DNA of 64,000 nt from Bacteroidota bacterium (GCA_035687895.1 DASRUE010000106.1:8696-72695), one strand, 5' to 3'. Shown: positions 21,279-31,780, counted from the stretch's first letter. Numbers and translations are program-made. The notes: generated by a model from the letters alone, not told the origin.

Positions 21279-22664
21279 ATGAAACTCCGACCAGATGACA
21301 CAATCGCTGCCATTGCAACCCCGCTTGGTGAAGGAGCGATCTCTGTTGTCCGGATGACCGGGCCCAAGGCGATTGAAGTTGCCGACGTTGTGTTCCGCGG
21401 CGGGAGACGTGTGGGTGAAATGGGTGGGCACACTGTTCGCCACGGGAAAATCATTGATCCGTTCAATGAACCGATTGATGATGTGCTGGTAACCGTATTT
21501 AGGGAACCCCATTCCTATACTGGGGAGAATTTGGTCGAATTCAGTTGCCATGGTGGGATCCAGGTAACGAGGAGTGTTCTTGAGACCATCCTTCATTCTG
21601 GTGCACGACTAGCGGATCCCGGAGAGTTTACTAAACGGGCATTCCTTAACGGGAAGATGGATCTCTCACAAGCAGAAGCGGTGGCAGATTTGATTTCGGC
21701 AAAGAGCCGCAAGGCGCAGCGTTCTTCAGTCGTTCAACTAGACGGTGGTTTGTCAAAGAGGGTGCGGGAAATCAAGGCAAGGCTGCTGTCCCTATGTTCG
21801 TTATTGGAGATTGACCTCGACCTTTCAGAGGAAGGAATCAGTGTCGCGCCGAGGAAGTCCATTATCGATGAGCTAACGTCGATAAGTCACGAGCTGGAGA
21901 AGCTGATCGATTCATACGATTTTGGTAGGATAATCAGAAACGGTGTTTCGGTTGCGATTATTGGGAAACCAAATGCCGGAAAATCTAGTCTCTTCAACGC
22001 TCTTCTACACGAGGACCGATCCATCGTCTCCCCAACCCCTGGTACGACACGAGATTTTCTTGAGGAAGAGATTGTCATCTCTGGAATTCTCTTCAAGCTC
22101 ATGGACACAGCAGGACTCAGGGAAGCCTCTGACTCGGTAGAAGCCGAAGGTGTGACCAGAACTTTGCGAGAGATGAGCAATTCAGACTCTGTTCTATTTG
22201 TTGTGGACTCTACAGTGGACGACGGCCAAGGTAATCTTTTTGGCGAAGTTAGTAAGAAGCTCAGGCCTGAGCAGAGATTGCTTGTTGCATTAACCAAGTG
22301 TGACGTTGCAACCGCAAGTCATTTGCGTTTTTCGAGTGATCTCGGAGTGGACGCGCTTCGTATTTCTGCCGTTACTGGTGTTGGCCTAGAGGACCTTCGC
22401 AACAAACTCGTGCACTCAATACTCGTTGATAACTCTTCCGCCAAGACAGACATTGAGATTACAAGCGCAAGGCATGTAGAGATCCTAAGAAACACGTTGG
22501 CGTCGATATTGGATGCGGAGGCTTCTCTAAGGTCAAACGTGACATATGATTTTGTTGCGCTTGACATAAGGGGCTCCCTTGACTACCTGGCGGAAATTAC
22601 AGGCGAGATTACATCAGACGACATCTTGAATCGAATATTTTCAGAGTTCTGTGTCGGCAAATAA
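21279..22664 (+). CDS. mnmE: tRNA modification GTPase MnmE
   Basis: N-terminal TrmE domain (DTIAAIATPLGEGAISVVRMTG), G-domain motifs (GKPNAGKSSL, DTAG, TKCD), and the C-terminal ..CVGK motif (MnmE consensus CIGK). Confidence 0.9.
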   Translation: MKLRPDDTIAAIATPLGEGAISVVRMTGPKAIEVADVVFRGGRRVGEMGGHTVRHGKIIDPFNEPIDDVLVTVFREPHSYTGENLVEFSCHGGIQVTRSVLETILHSGARLADPGEFTKRAFLNGKMDLSQAEAVADLISAKSRKAQRSSVVQLDGGLSKRVREIKARLLSLCSLLEIDLDLSEEGISVAPRKSIIDELTSISHELEKLIDSYDFGRIIRNGVSVAIIGKPNAGKSSLFNALLHEDRSIVSPTPGTTRDFLEEEIVISGILFKLMDTAGLREASDSVEAEGVTRTLREMSNSDSVLFVVDSTVDDGQGNLFGEVSKKLRPEQRLLVALTKCDVATASHLRFSSDLGVDALRISAVTGVGLEDLRNKLVHSILVDNSSAKTDIEITSARHVEILRNTLASILDAEASLRSNVTYDFVALDIRGSLDYLAEITGEITSDDILNRIFSEFCVGK

Positions 22665-22673
22665 GCGTTTCAC

Positions 22674-24554
22674 ATGAAACCTTTATCATCGAACCTCCAT
22701 TTTGACATTGTTGTTGTCGGTGCCGGCCATGCTGGCATTGAAGCATCTCTTGCTTCTGCAAGAATGGGTTGTAGTACAGTCCTTGTTACCATGGAAATCG
22801 CGTCCATTGGTAGAATGTCATGCAATCCGGCAATCGGTGGCTCTGCAAAGGGACACCTAGTGAGAGAAATTGATGCCCTTGGTGGCGAGATGGGTAGAAT
22901 TGCAGATGCGACCGGGATTCACTTTCGAATGCTGAACAAATCCAAGGGACCGGCTGTGTGGTCTCCTAGATGCCAGAGTGATCGAGAGTGGTACAGCAGA
23001 GAGGCTGCGTCCCGAGTTCTTCTCCAAAAGCACCTGTTAGTCGTGGAGGACACCCTGGAGGACATTGGGGTTTCGGCTCAGCGCGTCCAAACCGTTATAC
23101 TTGAGAGCGGACGCACAATTGCCTGCAAGGCAATTGTTGTCTGTAGCGGTACGTTCTTGAATGGTCTTATGCACACAGGGATGAAGAAACAGGTAGGCGG
23201 CCGGTACGGGGAGCGAACTTCGTCGAGACTGGCAGCTCGTCTCAAGGATATTGGCTTCAAAGTGGGAAGGCTAAAAACGGGTACACCCCCAAGGATCAGC
23301 AGGAAGAGCGTCGATTTTGCCTCTACAGAGCCCCAACACGCCGATTCGCCCCCGATGCCTTTCTCCTTTTCGACAAATGTTGTAAGCAACACTCAGATTT
23401 CGATGTACTTGACTCACACAAACAATAGAACACACGAGATTCTCAAAAGTGGATTCAATGAGTCCCCTATGTTTACAGGAAAAATAACCGGTGTGGGTCC
23501 GCGGTACTGTCCATCAATTGAGGACAAGGTACATCGATTTGCGGACAAGGATCAACATCAGATCTTTCTCGAACCTGAAGGATATGAGTCAGAAGTCGTT
23601 TATGTGAACGGTTTTTCAACGAGCCTCCCTGCAAACATTCAACTTTCTGGCCTTCAGGCTATTCCCGGTCTTGAGCGCTGCGTGATGCTCAGAGCTGGCT
23701 ACGCAGTAGAGTACGATTTTTTCCCGCCATTTCAGCTTGAGCACACCCTTGAAACCAAGTCAATCAAGGGTCTTTTCTTTGCAGGACAGATAAATGGAAC
23801 CAGCGGGTATGAAGAGGCGGCAGGTCAAGGTCTGGTGGCGGGGATAAACGCAGCTTTGAAAACCCGAGGTGAAGATCCGCTCGTACTTGAGCGAAGCAAT
23901 TCATATATCGGTGTTATGGTTGATGATCTGATAAACAAGGGGACGGATGAACCGTATAGGATTTTCACATCCCGCGCGGAGTATCGACTCAAACTGAGGC
24001 AAGACAACGCTGACTCAAGACTAATGCGAACAGGGTACAAACTCGGTCTTGTTAACGAGCAAATGAAAGCGGGGCTGGAGCAGAAAGAGGAGCGGATTAG
24101 AGCGATCAAGAATACACTCTTCGTGTGGAGTATATTACCGAATGAAGCAAACCCCACGCTTCATCGGAAAGGACTAGATGGAATTGCGGAGCCACTTAGA
24201 ATTTCACAGCTACTTCGGCGTCCAGGGATTTCGATTTATGATATCATGAGTATTGAATGTGTGCAGAGCAATGAGCTATTTCGGGAAGCGAGCAAGGAAT
24301 TGCTTGATAGAGTAGAAATCGAGATCAAGTATGAAGGGTATTTGAAGCGTCAAGATCAGCAAATTGAGAGCTTTGCCAAGAATGAAGCGCTCCAGATACC
24401 AAACGGATTCAACTTCTCTGGAGTTAACTCCCTAAGCAACGAAGGTAAGGAGAGACTCGAGTCCGTACAGCCAAGGTCCATTGGGCAGGCATCAAGGATC
24501 AGCGGAGTCACATCTGCCGATCTTTCTGTACTAATCGTTAGCCTTAGAAAATAG
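22674..24554 (+). CDS. mnmG: tRNA uridine-5-carboxymethylaminomethyl modification enzyme MnmG (GidA)
   Basis: FAD-binding N-terminus DIVVVGAGHAGIEASLASARMG, with GidA-family conservation along the whole length. Confidence 0.95.
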   Translation: MKPLSSNLHFDIVVVGAGHAGIEASLASARMGCSTVLVTMEIASIGRMSCNPAIGGSAKGHLVREIDALGGEMGRIADATGIHFRMLNKSKGPAVWSPRCQSDREWYSREAASRVLLQKHLLVVEDTLEDIGVSAQRVQTVILESGRTIACKAIVVCSGTFLNGLMHTGMKKQVGGRYGERTSSRLAARLKDIGFKVGRLKTGTPPRISRKSVDFASTEPQHADSPPMPFSFSTNVVSNTQISMYLTHTNNRTHEILKSGFNESPMFTGKITGVGPRYCPSIEDKVHRFADKDQHQIFLEPEGYESEVVYVNGFSTSLPANIQLSGLQAIPGLERCVMLRAGYAVEYDFFPPFQLEHTLETKSIKGLFFAGQINGTSGYEEAAGQGLVAGINAALKTRGEDPLVLERSNSYIGVMVDDLINKGTDEPYRIFTSRAEYRLKLRQDNADSRLMRTGYKLGLVNEQMKAGLEQKEERIRAIKNTLFVWSILPNEANPTLHRKGLDGIAEPLRISQLLRRPGISIYDIMSIECVQSNELFREASKELLDRVEIEIKYEGYLKRQDQQIESFAKNEALQIPNGFNFSGVNSLSNEGKERLESVQPRSIGQASRISGVTSADLSVLIVSLRK

Positions 24555-24581
24555 TCAGTTCCACGTGAAACCGAGAGTAAA

Positions 24582-25292
24582 TTGCCACTCTGCAGCAAAG
24601 ACGTTTTTCACATTTGTGAACAACACAACCTAGTTATTGACGACGAGGCAAGAAAAAAATTAGAGCTCTATGAGATCTTACTCAGAGAGTACAATAAGAG
24701 TGTTAACCTAATTTCCAGAAAAGATGTTGATAACATCTGGACAAACCATATACTGCATTCGCTTTCCCCGTTGTTGTTACTCTCCTTTGCACCGGGGTTG
24801 CGACTTCTTGATATTGGGACGGGCGGTGGTTTGCCGGGCATCCCGATAGCAATAGCTAGGCCTGATTTGTCGATATCTCTTGTTGATTCCATTGGGAAGA
24901 AGACGGTAGTGCTTGACGAGATCGTCATCAGGCTCGGGATTCAAAATGTACGCGTGACCAACGGCCGTGTTGAGAGTTTGGCAGGCAAGAAAAAGTACAG
25001 GAGTAGATTCGAGGGCATTGTTGCCAGAGCCGTTGCACCGTTGCACGACTTGGTAAAATGGTCAAGGCCATTGCTGGTAAGAGATCACATCCAGATCGCC
25101 GGAGGCACCGAGAAAAGAGGAATTAGCATCCCATTCATCGTAGCTCTAAAAGGAGGAGATCTGTCTAAGGAGATTGCCGAAGCCTTAGGGGCTATTGGCG
25201 ACGGAAATGTTGAAGAGCTGGATATTGGGTTTTCCCGGATGGGAATTGTTGCCTTAGAGGGAAAGAAGATTGTAATCGTCGAATATAGCTAG
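24582..25292 (+). CDS. rsmG: 16S rRNA (guanine527-N7)-methyltransferase RsmG (GidB)
   Basis: SAM motif LDIGTGGGLPGIPIAI, and position after mnmG. TTG start per the track. Confidence 0.85.
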   Translation: MPLCSKDVFHICEQHNLVIDDEARKKLELYEILLREYNKSVNLISRKDVDNIWTNHILHSLSPLLLLSFAPGLRLLDIGTGGGLPGIPIAIARPDLSISLVDSIGKKTVVLDEIVIRLGIQNVRVTNGRVESLAGKKKYRSRFEGIVARAVAPLHDLVKWSRPLLVRDHIQIAGGTEKRGISIPFIVALKGGDLSKEIAEALGAIGDGNVEELDIGFSRMGIVALEGKKIVIVEYS

Positions 25293-25312
25293 AACCGTTA
25301 TTGCGAGCACAC

Positions 25313-26224
25313 ATGAAATTACTTGCTGAGGAACTCGCTGCACTGCCCACTGAACAGAGGAATCCGGCCACACGTGATTTTGACAGCCTCCCGACTCTTG
25401 CAATCTTGAAGAGAACAAACTCCGAAGACAAACTTGTCCCAATTGCTGTTGAAAAAGAGCTTGCATACATCTCGAAGGCAGTTGAAATTATAGTAGACGC
25501 GTTTCGCAACGGAGGCAGGCTCATTTATGTGGGCGCCGGGACCAGTGGTCGGCTCGGTATTCTCGATGCAGCGGAGTGTCCACCCACCTACGGTACAGAT
25601 CCGGATATGATTGTTGGTTTGATTGCCGGAGGACAGCCCGCCCTCTTCCGCACTCAGGAAGGGGCAGAGGATGACGAAGAAAAAGCGAGGCAAGATCTGG
25701 GATCATTAAACCCCGGTCCAAATGATGTTGTGTGTGGCATCGCCGCGAGTAGGAGAACGCCGTATGTAGTTGCTGCAACCAAGAGGGCGAAGGAGCTGGG
25801 GTGCCAGACGGTGTATATTACCACAAATCCTCGATCCTCTTTTAATCTGGTGGTAGATGTTGCAATCTGCCCCGATGTCGGGCCTGAGGTCGTGATGGGA
25901 TCCACCCGAATGAAGTCCGGTACTGCACAAAAACTAGTGCTGAACATGCTCACAACCACCGCAATGATAAAACTTGGGAAGGTCTATGAAAACATGATGG
26001 TCGACCTTCAACTCACAAATCAAAAGCTGATTGAGCGAGCAAAGCGCATCATCATGATGGCAACTGGTGTTGACTACAACAAGGCAGAACATGTGCTAGC
26101 TGATGCCGAGGGACATGTCAAGACCGCGATCGTGATGATTGCCGCTAATGTTCCACTGAACGAAGCGCGGCAGCGACTTGACCAAGCAAACGGCTTTGTT
26201 CGGAAAGCAATCGCGCAGAGCTGA
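25313..26224 (+). CDS. murQ: N-acetylmuramic acid 6-phosphate etherase
   Basis: SIS domain; GRLIYVGAGTSGRLGILDAAECPPTYG and the ..TRMKSGTAQK.. motifs typical of MurQ. ATG at 25313; TTG at 25301 is in frame. Confidence 0.85.
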   Translation: MKLLAEELAALPTEQRNPATRDFDSLPTLAILKRTNSEDKLVPIAVEKELAYISKAVEIIVDAFRNGGRLIYVGAGTSGRLGILDAAECPPTYGTDPDMIVGLIAGGQPALFRTQEGAEDDEEKARQDLGSLNPGPNDVVCGIAASRRTPYVVAATKRAKELGCQTVYITTNPRSSFNLVVDVAICPDVGPEVVMGSTRMKSGTAQKLVLNMLTTTAMIKLGKVYENMMVDLQLTNQKLIERAKRIIMMATGVDYNKAEHVLADAEGHVKTAIVMIAANVPLNEARQRLDQANGFVRKAIAQS

Positions 26225-26261
26225 ATGTAGTTGATTTCTCAATTACCCTTCCGCCATGATC

Positions 26262-26294
26262 GTCCCCCCGTGGTAGAGGGGTGGACTGTTTTTT
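26262..26294 (+). terminator. candidate intrinsic terminator after murQ
   Basis: Imperfect GC hairpin GTCCCCCCG..GGGGTGGAC followed by TGTTTTTT. Confidence 0.4.
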
Positions 26295-26312
26295 GTTGGA
26301 CGAGGATGGCCC

Positions 26313-29300
26313 ATGATGCTGCGTGAGATCCTAAGAAAAAACGACAAGTTCCAGCGGCTGGGAGCAATTACTGCCAAGCTCTTGCATGGTGAACGAGTGT
26401 CTGTTACCGGACTCTCCGGGTCTTTGCAGGCTGCGGTATTTTGCGTGCTGCAAGAGGAGATGGGTAGGCTGCTATTGTTTGTTGCTTCAGATCGTCGGTC
26501 GGCCGAGACAGTAAGGGACGACGCACAACACATCCTCGACCCAGCGTCAATAGCGTTTCATGTTGAGAATAGTCAGAACTCCGATCCTCCTTCCGCCGGA
26601 AGTGTCTCAGTTCTTCATGCTCTGGTCTCGGGCAAACTCTCCTTTGTTGTCACCCACCCACTGGCGTTACTCGAGATGCTCCCCCGGCCGGAGACCTTTC
26701 GGGGTGAAACAGTCTGGATCAAAACCGGGTCTGAGTATTCATTCGACCGTCTTCTTCAGTCCCTGAATCGGCTCGGATTCGACAAGAAGGATTTTGTGGA
26801 AGGAGTGGGAGATTATTCGGTTAGAGGGGGCATACTGGATGTGTTCACTGCGAGCAGCGAAACACCTGTTCGCTTGGAGTTCATTGGTGACACCGTCGAG
26901 TCGATTCGGGAGTTTGATCCGATCTCGCAACGCTCGATTCGACATCTTGAAGGGGCGGCAATTGTCCCGCACATTCTTTCCCAACAGGAAGCAGACGTTG
27001 CACCCCACGACTCTCTTCTGACCTATCTTCCTTCAAACAGTGTTATCGTGTGGAGTGAACCTCAAATCGTCAGGCGGCAGCTTGATGAGCACATAGCACA
27101 GAATCCACAGACGAAGATCTCCAGAGCAATTCTAGAAGATCAACTTGCTGCTTTTCCACAAGTTTGGATTGAACCTTTTGGAGGGCCATCCGTGGATTGC
27201 ATTGATTTCAAATCAATTCCCCAGCCCTCATTCAACGGAAGCGTTGCGGTTCTTAAGGCCAATATTCACAACTTGCAGACCGAGGGGATACAGGTTGTAA
27301 TATCATGTGATGCGCAATCCGAACTCAAGAGGCTCAAGGAACTTCTGGGCGGAGAAGAGGCTGATTGGAAGGAGAGAAAACAAGCCGAAGGACCGGGGGC
27401 ACCCATTGAATTGGACAAGATTACATTTATCGTTCATTCTCTTCACGAAGGTTTTATCTTGCCCGAATCGCAGTTCGCGATGTATACAGAGCATCAGATC
27501 TTTAATAGACTCAAGCGAAGAGGAAAACAGGGCAAGTCGCGCTTCGCCGGATTCTCGAGGCAGGAACTGCAACAACTAACGAAGGGGGATTTTGTTGTTC
27601 ACGTAGACTTCGGTGTCGGGAAGTTCGACGGTCTTAAGAAAATCCACGTCCGGAGTATTGAACAGGAGGTTGTTAAGTTGGTGTACGATCAAAACGACAC
27701 ACTCTATGTTAACCTGAACTACATCAACCGGATTCAGAAGTATTCCTCAAAGGAAGGACATATCCCCAAGCTTACGCGTCTGGGCTCGGCTGAATGGGAT
27801 CGACTGAAGGCGCGGGCAAAGAAGAAGATTAAAGACATTGCACGCGATCTAATTCGGTTGTACGCTCGGCGAAAGAAATCTGTAGGGTTTGCGTTTACGC
27901 CGGACACCACATGGCAGAAGGAACTCGAAGCATCGTTCATGTACGAAGACACTTTTGACCAAGCAAAAACGACACTTGAAGTGAAGGCAGATATGGAAGC
28001 CTCCAACCCGATGGATCGCCTTGTTTGCGGCGACGTTGGGTTCGGCAAAACGGAGATCGCTGTGCGTGCGGCGTTCAAGTCAGTCATGAGTGGTAAGCAG
28101 GCAGCGATTCTTGTCCCCACGACTATTCTTGCCATCCAGCATCACAACACCTTTGTTGACCGAATTTCACGATACTCGACGAGGGTTGCCGTTCTCTCCA
28201 GATTAAAATCAAAGAAGGAACAGGCGGCAATCATCGAGCAGCTCAGTGCTGGGAGTATTGACATCGTGATCGGCACTCATCGTCTCCTTTCCAAGGATGT
28301 ACGATTTAGGGACTTGGGTCTTCTAGTGATTGATGAAGAACACCGATTTGGTGTTGCGGCCAAGGAAAAACTGCGTCTGCTTAAGGCAGAGGTCGACACG
28401 CTCACACTAACAGCGACCCCTATTCCACGGACGCTGCAATTCTCACTGATGGGGTCAAGGGATCTCTCAATCATTGCCACGCCTCCGAGAAACCGCCTAC
28501 CGGTTATCACGGAGATTAGAGAATACAGCGATGAAGTCATCATCAGGGCCGTCCGAAGGGAAATCCAACGCGGCGGGCAGGTCTATTTCGTTCATGATCG
28601 AATCCAGAGGATTGAGGAGGTAACAGAGCGTCTCCAATTATTGTTACCGGGGATCAGGATCCGATACGCCCACGGACAGATGCGCGCGCACAAGCTAGAA
28701 CAAGTTATGCTGGAGTTCATCGAGAGAAAAGTGGACGTTCTTGTGTGCACCAAAATCATCGAATCTGGTCTGGACATGCCGAACGTTAACACCATCATCA
28801 TCAACAGGGCAGATCGGTTTGGAATGGCAGAACTCTACCAGTTACGTGGAAGGGTTGGCCGTTCAAACGTCCAGGCATATGCCCATCTCCTGGCGCCACC
28901 GATTTCCATCCTTCCGCGCAAAACCGTTCAACGGCTCCAGGCGGTTGAGGAGTTTGTGGAACTGGGGTCCGGGTTCAATCTGGCCATGCGCGATCTGGAA
29001 ATTCGTGGTGCAGGTAACCTGCTTGGCGGAGAACAGAGTGGATTTATTGAGACAATGGGCTTTGAAACGTACACCCGCATTCTCGAAGAAGGGGTTCAGG
29101 AGCTCAAAGACCAAGAGTTCCGCGAGCTGTTTGCTGGACAGGTCAAGCCCGCGGCCTCCGCAGACACGAAAATCGATCTGGAGGTTGCGGCGCTGATACC
29201 CGACTATTTTGTTCAGAACGACACAGAAAGACTGGAAATTTATCGCCAACTCTATGCATTGCAGACCCCTAAGCAACTTGAGGAGGTAGCCCTAGAATTG

Positions 29301-29666
29301 AAGGACAGGTTCGGAACTCTTCCGAACGAGGCAGAGAACCTCATCAGAGCTATTCGGCTTAAGCTAAGGGCATCCCGGATCGGTTTGAAGAGGATCTACT
29401 TGAGTGGCGACGAAATGCTCATCGAGTTTCCACCGTCAGGTGACAGGGAGTTCTATGACAATCAGAAGTTCCAAGAAATAATGATCCGGGTCTCCAGAAT
29501 GAAAAGTAGAGGAGTTGACATGAAGCAAGGGGATGACACCCTACTTTTGAAAATTCATTTTCCCGTAGGCTCTAAAGAGAATGACCCATTGGAGTTGGCA
29601 GATTTCTTCTTTGAGTCAATTTTTGAGGATGCTCGCGACCAATCACCAAACCTTGTCCCCGCCTGA
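26313..29666 (+). CDS. mfd: transcription-repair coupling factor
   Basis: 1117 aa; UvrB-homology N-terminus, RNAP-interaction domain, superfamily-2 helicase motifs (GDVGFGKTEIA, DEEHRFGV, TATPIPRTL) and a TRCF C-terminal domain. Confidence 0.95.
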   Translation: MMLREILRKNDKFQRLGAITAKLLHGERVSVTGLSGSLQAAVFCVLQEEMGRLLLFVASDRRSAETVRDDAQHILDPASIAFHVENSQNSDPPSAGSVSVLHALVSGKLSFVVTHPLALLEMLPRPETFRGETVWIKTGSEYSFDRLLQSLNRLGFDKKDFVEGVGDYSVRGGILDVFTASSETPVRLEFIGDTVESIREFDPISQRSIRHLEGAAIVPHILSQQEADVAPHDSLLTYLPSNSVIVWSEPQIVRRQLDEHIAQNPQTKISRAILEDQLAAFPQVWIEPFGGPSVDCIDFKSIPQPSFNGSVAVLKANIHNLQTEGIQVVISCDAQSELKRLKELLGGEEADWKERKQAEGPGAPIELDKITFIVHSLHEGFILPESQFAMYTEHQIFNRLKRRGKQGKSRFAGFSRQELQQLTKGDFVVHVDFGVGKFDGLKKIHVRSIEQEVVKLVYDQNDTLYVNLNYINRIQKYSSKEGHIPKLTRLGSAEWDRLKARAKKKIKDIARDLIRLYARRKKSVGFAFTPDTTWQKELEASFMYEDTFDQAKTTLEVKADMEASNPMDRLVCGDVGFGKTEIAVRAAFKSVMSGKQAAILVPTTILAIQHHNTFVDRISRYSTRVAVLSRLKSKKEQAAIIEQLSAGSIDIVIGTHRLLSKDVRFRDLGLLVIDEEHRFGVAAKEKLRLLKAEVDTLTLTATPIPRTLQFSLMGSRDLSIIATPPRNRLPVITEIREYSDEVIIRAVRREIQRGGQVYFVHDRIQRIEEVTERLQLLLPGIRIRYAHGQMRAHKLEQVMLEFIERKVDVLVCTKIIESGLDMPNVNTIIINRADRFGMAELYQLRGRVGRSNVQAYAHLLAPPISILPRKTVQRLQAVEEFVELGSGFNLAMRDLEIRGAGNLLGGEQSGFIETMGFETYTRILEEGVQELKDQEFRELFAGQVKPAASADTKIDLEVAALIPDYFVQNDTERLEIYRQLYALQTPKQLEEVALELKDRFGTLPNEAENLIRAIRLKLRASRIGLKRIYLSGDEMLIEFPPSGDREFYDNQKFQEIMIRVSRMKSRGVDMKQGDDTLLLKIHFPVGSKENDPLELADFFFESIFEDARDQSPNLVPA

Positions 29667-29757
29667 CCTAGTGGGGATTCCGAGTCGCCTTTTTTCCTCC
29701 CGCAAAACCACACCTCATCAAATTCCGCAAATCTGAGCCATTTTCTGTATTTTGTCC

Positions 29758-29785
29758 TTGACTTTCAAACCCAAATGAGTATCTT
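29758..29785 (+). promoter_or_regulatory. candidate sigma70-type promoter of the dcw cluster (Pmra)
   Basis: TTGACT - 16 nt - TATCTT, ending about 10 bp upstream of the MraZ-box repeats. Confidence 0.35.
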
Positions 29786-29796
29786 AGCTCTGCGTG

Positions 29797-29825
29797 GTGG
29801 GTAAAAGTGGGTAATGGGTGGGTAA
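29797..29825 (+). promoter_or_regulatory. MraZ operator: three direct repeats GTGGGTAA at 10-11 bp spacing
   Basis: GTGGGTAA at 29797-29804, 29807-29814 and 29818-29825, 40-68 bp upstream of the mraZ start. MraZ is known to bind tandem GTGGG repeats in its own promoter. Confidence 0.55.
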
Positions 29826-29864
29826 AGATAAGCAAGTGCCTCGTTGAATTTCTAGGCTCATTCA

Positions 29865-30308
29865 TTGTCATCGTTCAAAGGCTCATACAATTATTCAGTC
29901 GACAGCAAAGGCCGTATCAACATTCCGGCGAAGCTGAGAAAGTACGTGTCCGCGGAGGCGAATGATACCTTTGTGATCACACGTGGTTTCGAGAAGTGCC
30001 TCTCCGTCTATCCGCTCGACGAATGGAATTCGCTGGAGCGATCCATCAGACAATTGTCGCCATCAAATCCTCAGCACCGGTATTTTACGCGGACCTTGTT
30101 GCAATATGCTACGGAATCTCAACTTGATGGCCAATCACGGATCGCCGTACCCAAAGAGCTACTGCAGTTCGGCGGTATTCAGGATCAGGTCTTGATTCTT
30201 GGAGTGCTGGAGCGAATCGAGTTGTGGAACCCGAGAGATCATGACGAGTACTTAAAGACTCAGGCTGAGAGCTATGAGAATGTTGCACAAAAGGTGTTCG
30301 AGAAATAG
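29865..30308 (+). CDS. mraZ: division/cell wall cluster transcriptional regulator MraZ
   Basis: Two SpoVT/AbrB-like halves each with a DxxGR motif (VDSKGRINIP and LDGQSRIAVP); TTG start per the track. Confidence 0.9.
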   Translation: MSSFKGSYNYSVDSKGRINIPAKLRKYVSAEANDTFVITRGFEKCLSVYPLDEWNSLERSIRQLSPSNPQHRYFTRTLLQYATESQLDGQSRIAVPKELLQFGGIQDQVLILGVLERIELWNPRDHDEYLKTQAESYENVAQKVFEK

Positions 30309-30353
30309 CCGGGTCGGTTGCCGTACAGCTATCGTTCATGATTCTACTGTGCG

Positions 30354-31286
30354 GTGACAACATATCATACTCCCGTCCTTTGCGATGATGCTGTTCGCTT
30401 GCTCATCACAGATCCCCGCGGTACTTATGTTGATGGAACCATCGGTGGTGGAGGACATGCCGAAAAGATCTGTTCGCGGCTAGAGCTCGGGGGTCAACTC
30501 ATCGGCTTTGATGCCGACGAGGATGCCATCAGGGTAGCAAGAAGACGGCTTGCCACCCTTGGGAACCGTGTTCACTTGATCCATTCCAATTTCAGCACAC
30601 TGAAGGAATACCTGCAGAAACAACGGGTACCAACAATCCGTGGGATGTTGCTCGACCTTGGAGTCTCCTCATACCAGCTCGATGATGTAACGAAGGGATT
30701 TAGTTTTCGCGGCGATGAGCGGATTGACATGCGGATGGATCGGCGACAGCTGTTGAGCGGATGGGAGGTCGTGAATACGTACGCGGAATCAGTGCTGTCA
30801 GATATCCTGTGGAAACACGGAGAGGAGCGAAACGCCCGGAGGATAGCGAAGAAGATAGTTGCCTCACGGCCAGTTGACACCACGGGGGCGCTTCGTCAGG
30901 TGATTGAGGCAACTGTGGGAAAACAGTTCCTGACGAAAACCCTTGCCAGGGTTTTCCAAGCGATCCGGATCGCTGTGAACGACGAGCTGAGAAATCTGGA
31001 GAAAGTCTTGAATGATGTTATCGATATTCTCGATCCGGGCGGTCGAGTTGTTGTGATCTCGTACCATTCCTTGGAGGACAGGATAGTGAAAGAATTCTTC
31101 AGGCAGAATGCACGAGAAAGAGTGCCGTCGGGCCATAAATACATCAAGGACACAGTAGTCAACCCGTCCCTTCGGATTCTCACCAAGAAACCGCTTGTGG
31201 CCGGGGAAGAGGAAATCGTACAGAATCCTCGGGCGCGTAGTGCCAAGTTGCGGGCCGCGGAACGGATTCATAGTTATCCTGTGTGA
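30354..31286 (+). CDS. rsmH: 16S rRNA (cytosine1402-N4)-methyltransferase RsmH (MraW)
   Basis: YHTPVL..DGTIGGGGHAEKI.. is the RsmH signature; position after mraZ. Confidence 0.9.
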   Translation: MTTYHTPVLCDDAVRLLITDPRGTYVDGTIGGGGHAEKICSRLELGGQLIGFDADEDAIRVARRRLATLGNRVHLIHSNFSTLKEYLQKQRVPTIRGMLLDLGVSSYQLDDVTKGFSFRGDERIDMRMDRRQLLSGWEVVNTYAESVLSDILWKHGEERNARRIAKKIVASRPVDTTGALRQVIEATVGKQFLTKTLARVFQAIRIAVNDELRNLEKVLNDVIDILDPGGRVVVISYHSLEDRIVKEFFRQNARERVPSGHKYIKDTVVNPSLRILTKKPLVAGEEEIVQNPRARSAKLRAAERIHSYPV

Positions 31287-31771
31287 CTTACTACAGGCTG
31301 ACAATGAGCAAGATGGCAGGGGATGTTGAGGATCTGATGCACCGTGTGCGGGCTGATTCTCTTGGGAACCAGGAGATTACGGGGAAAGAGAACCGATACA
31401 TTTATAACGGAAGCCAGGCGTCGGGTTCTGCGGGATATGCCATACGGCCCAACAAGAAGGCGGCCCGCCGGAAAGTCTCAACCTTCAATATTATCCTGGT
31501 CCTTTTTGGGTGCGCGCTTGCCATTATTCTTTACATCAGCAACATCATTGCCGTTAACCAACTCGCGGTCGAAGTAAATCAATTGCAGGGGAAGTATGAC
31601 AAAATTGATAATGTAAACGCTGTTTTGAGTTCTGAAATCAGCCGAAAATCCGGATGGGACCGGATCGGCAAAATTGCAATAGAGCAGCTCGGTCTGAAAT
31701 ACCCGAGCGAGCAGGCCACCCGCTTCGATATTGATCAGGACGATCTTGAGAAGATCCAGTCCAGAGAGTGA
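31283..31771 (+). CDS. ftsL: cell division protein FtsL (single TM plus coiled coil)
   Basis: One TM helix (NIILVLFGCALAIILYISNII) followed by a coiled coil, in the canonical position between rsmH and ftsI. GTG at 31283 overlaps the rsmH stop as GTGA; an alternative ATG is at 31304. Confidence 0.7.
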   Translation: MTYYRLTMSKMAGDVEDLMHRVRADSLGNQEITGKENRYIYNGSQASGSAGYAIRPNKKAARRKVSTFNIILVLFGCALAIILYISNIIAVNQLAVEVNQLQGKYDKIDNVNAVLSSEISRKSGWDRIGKIAIEQLGLKYPSEQATRFDIDQDDLEKIQSRE

Positions 31772-31780
31772 TTATCGCGG

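Noticed and set aside
29667-29757. Possible intrinsic terminator after mfd (TCCCC..GGGGA followed by CCTTTTTTCC).
   Set aside because: The stem is only 5 bp with a 12-nt loop and the T-run is separated from it, so it is too weak to call. mfd may read through to Pmra.
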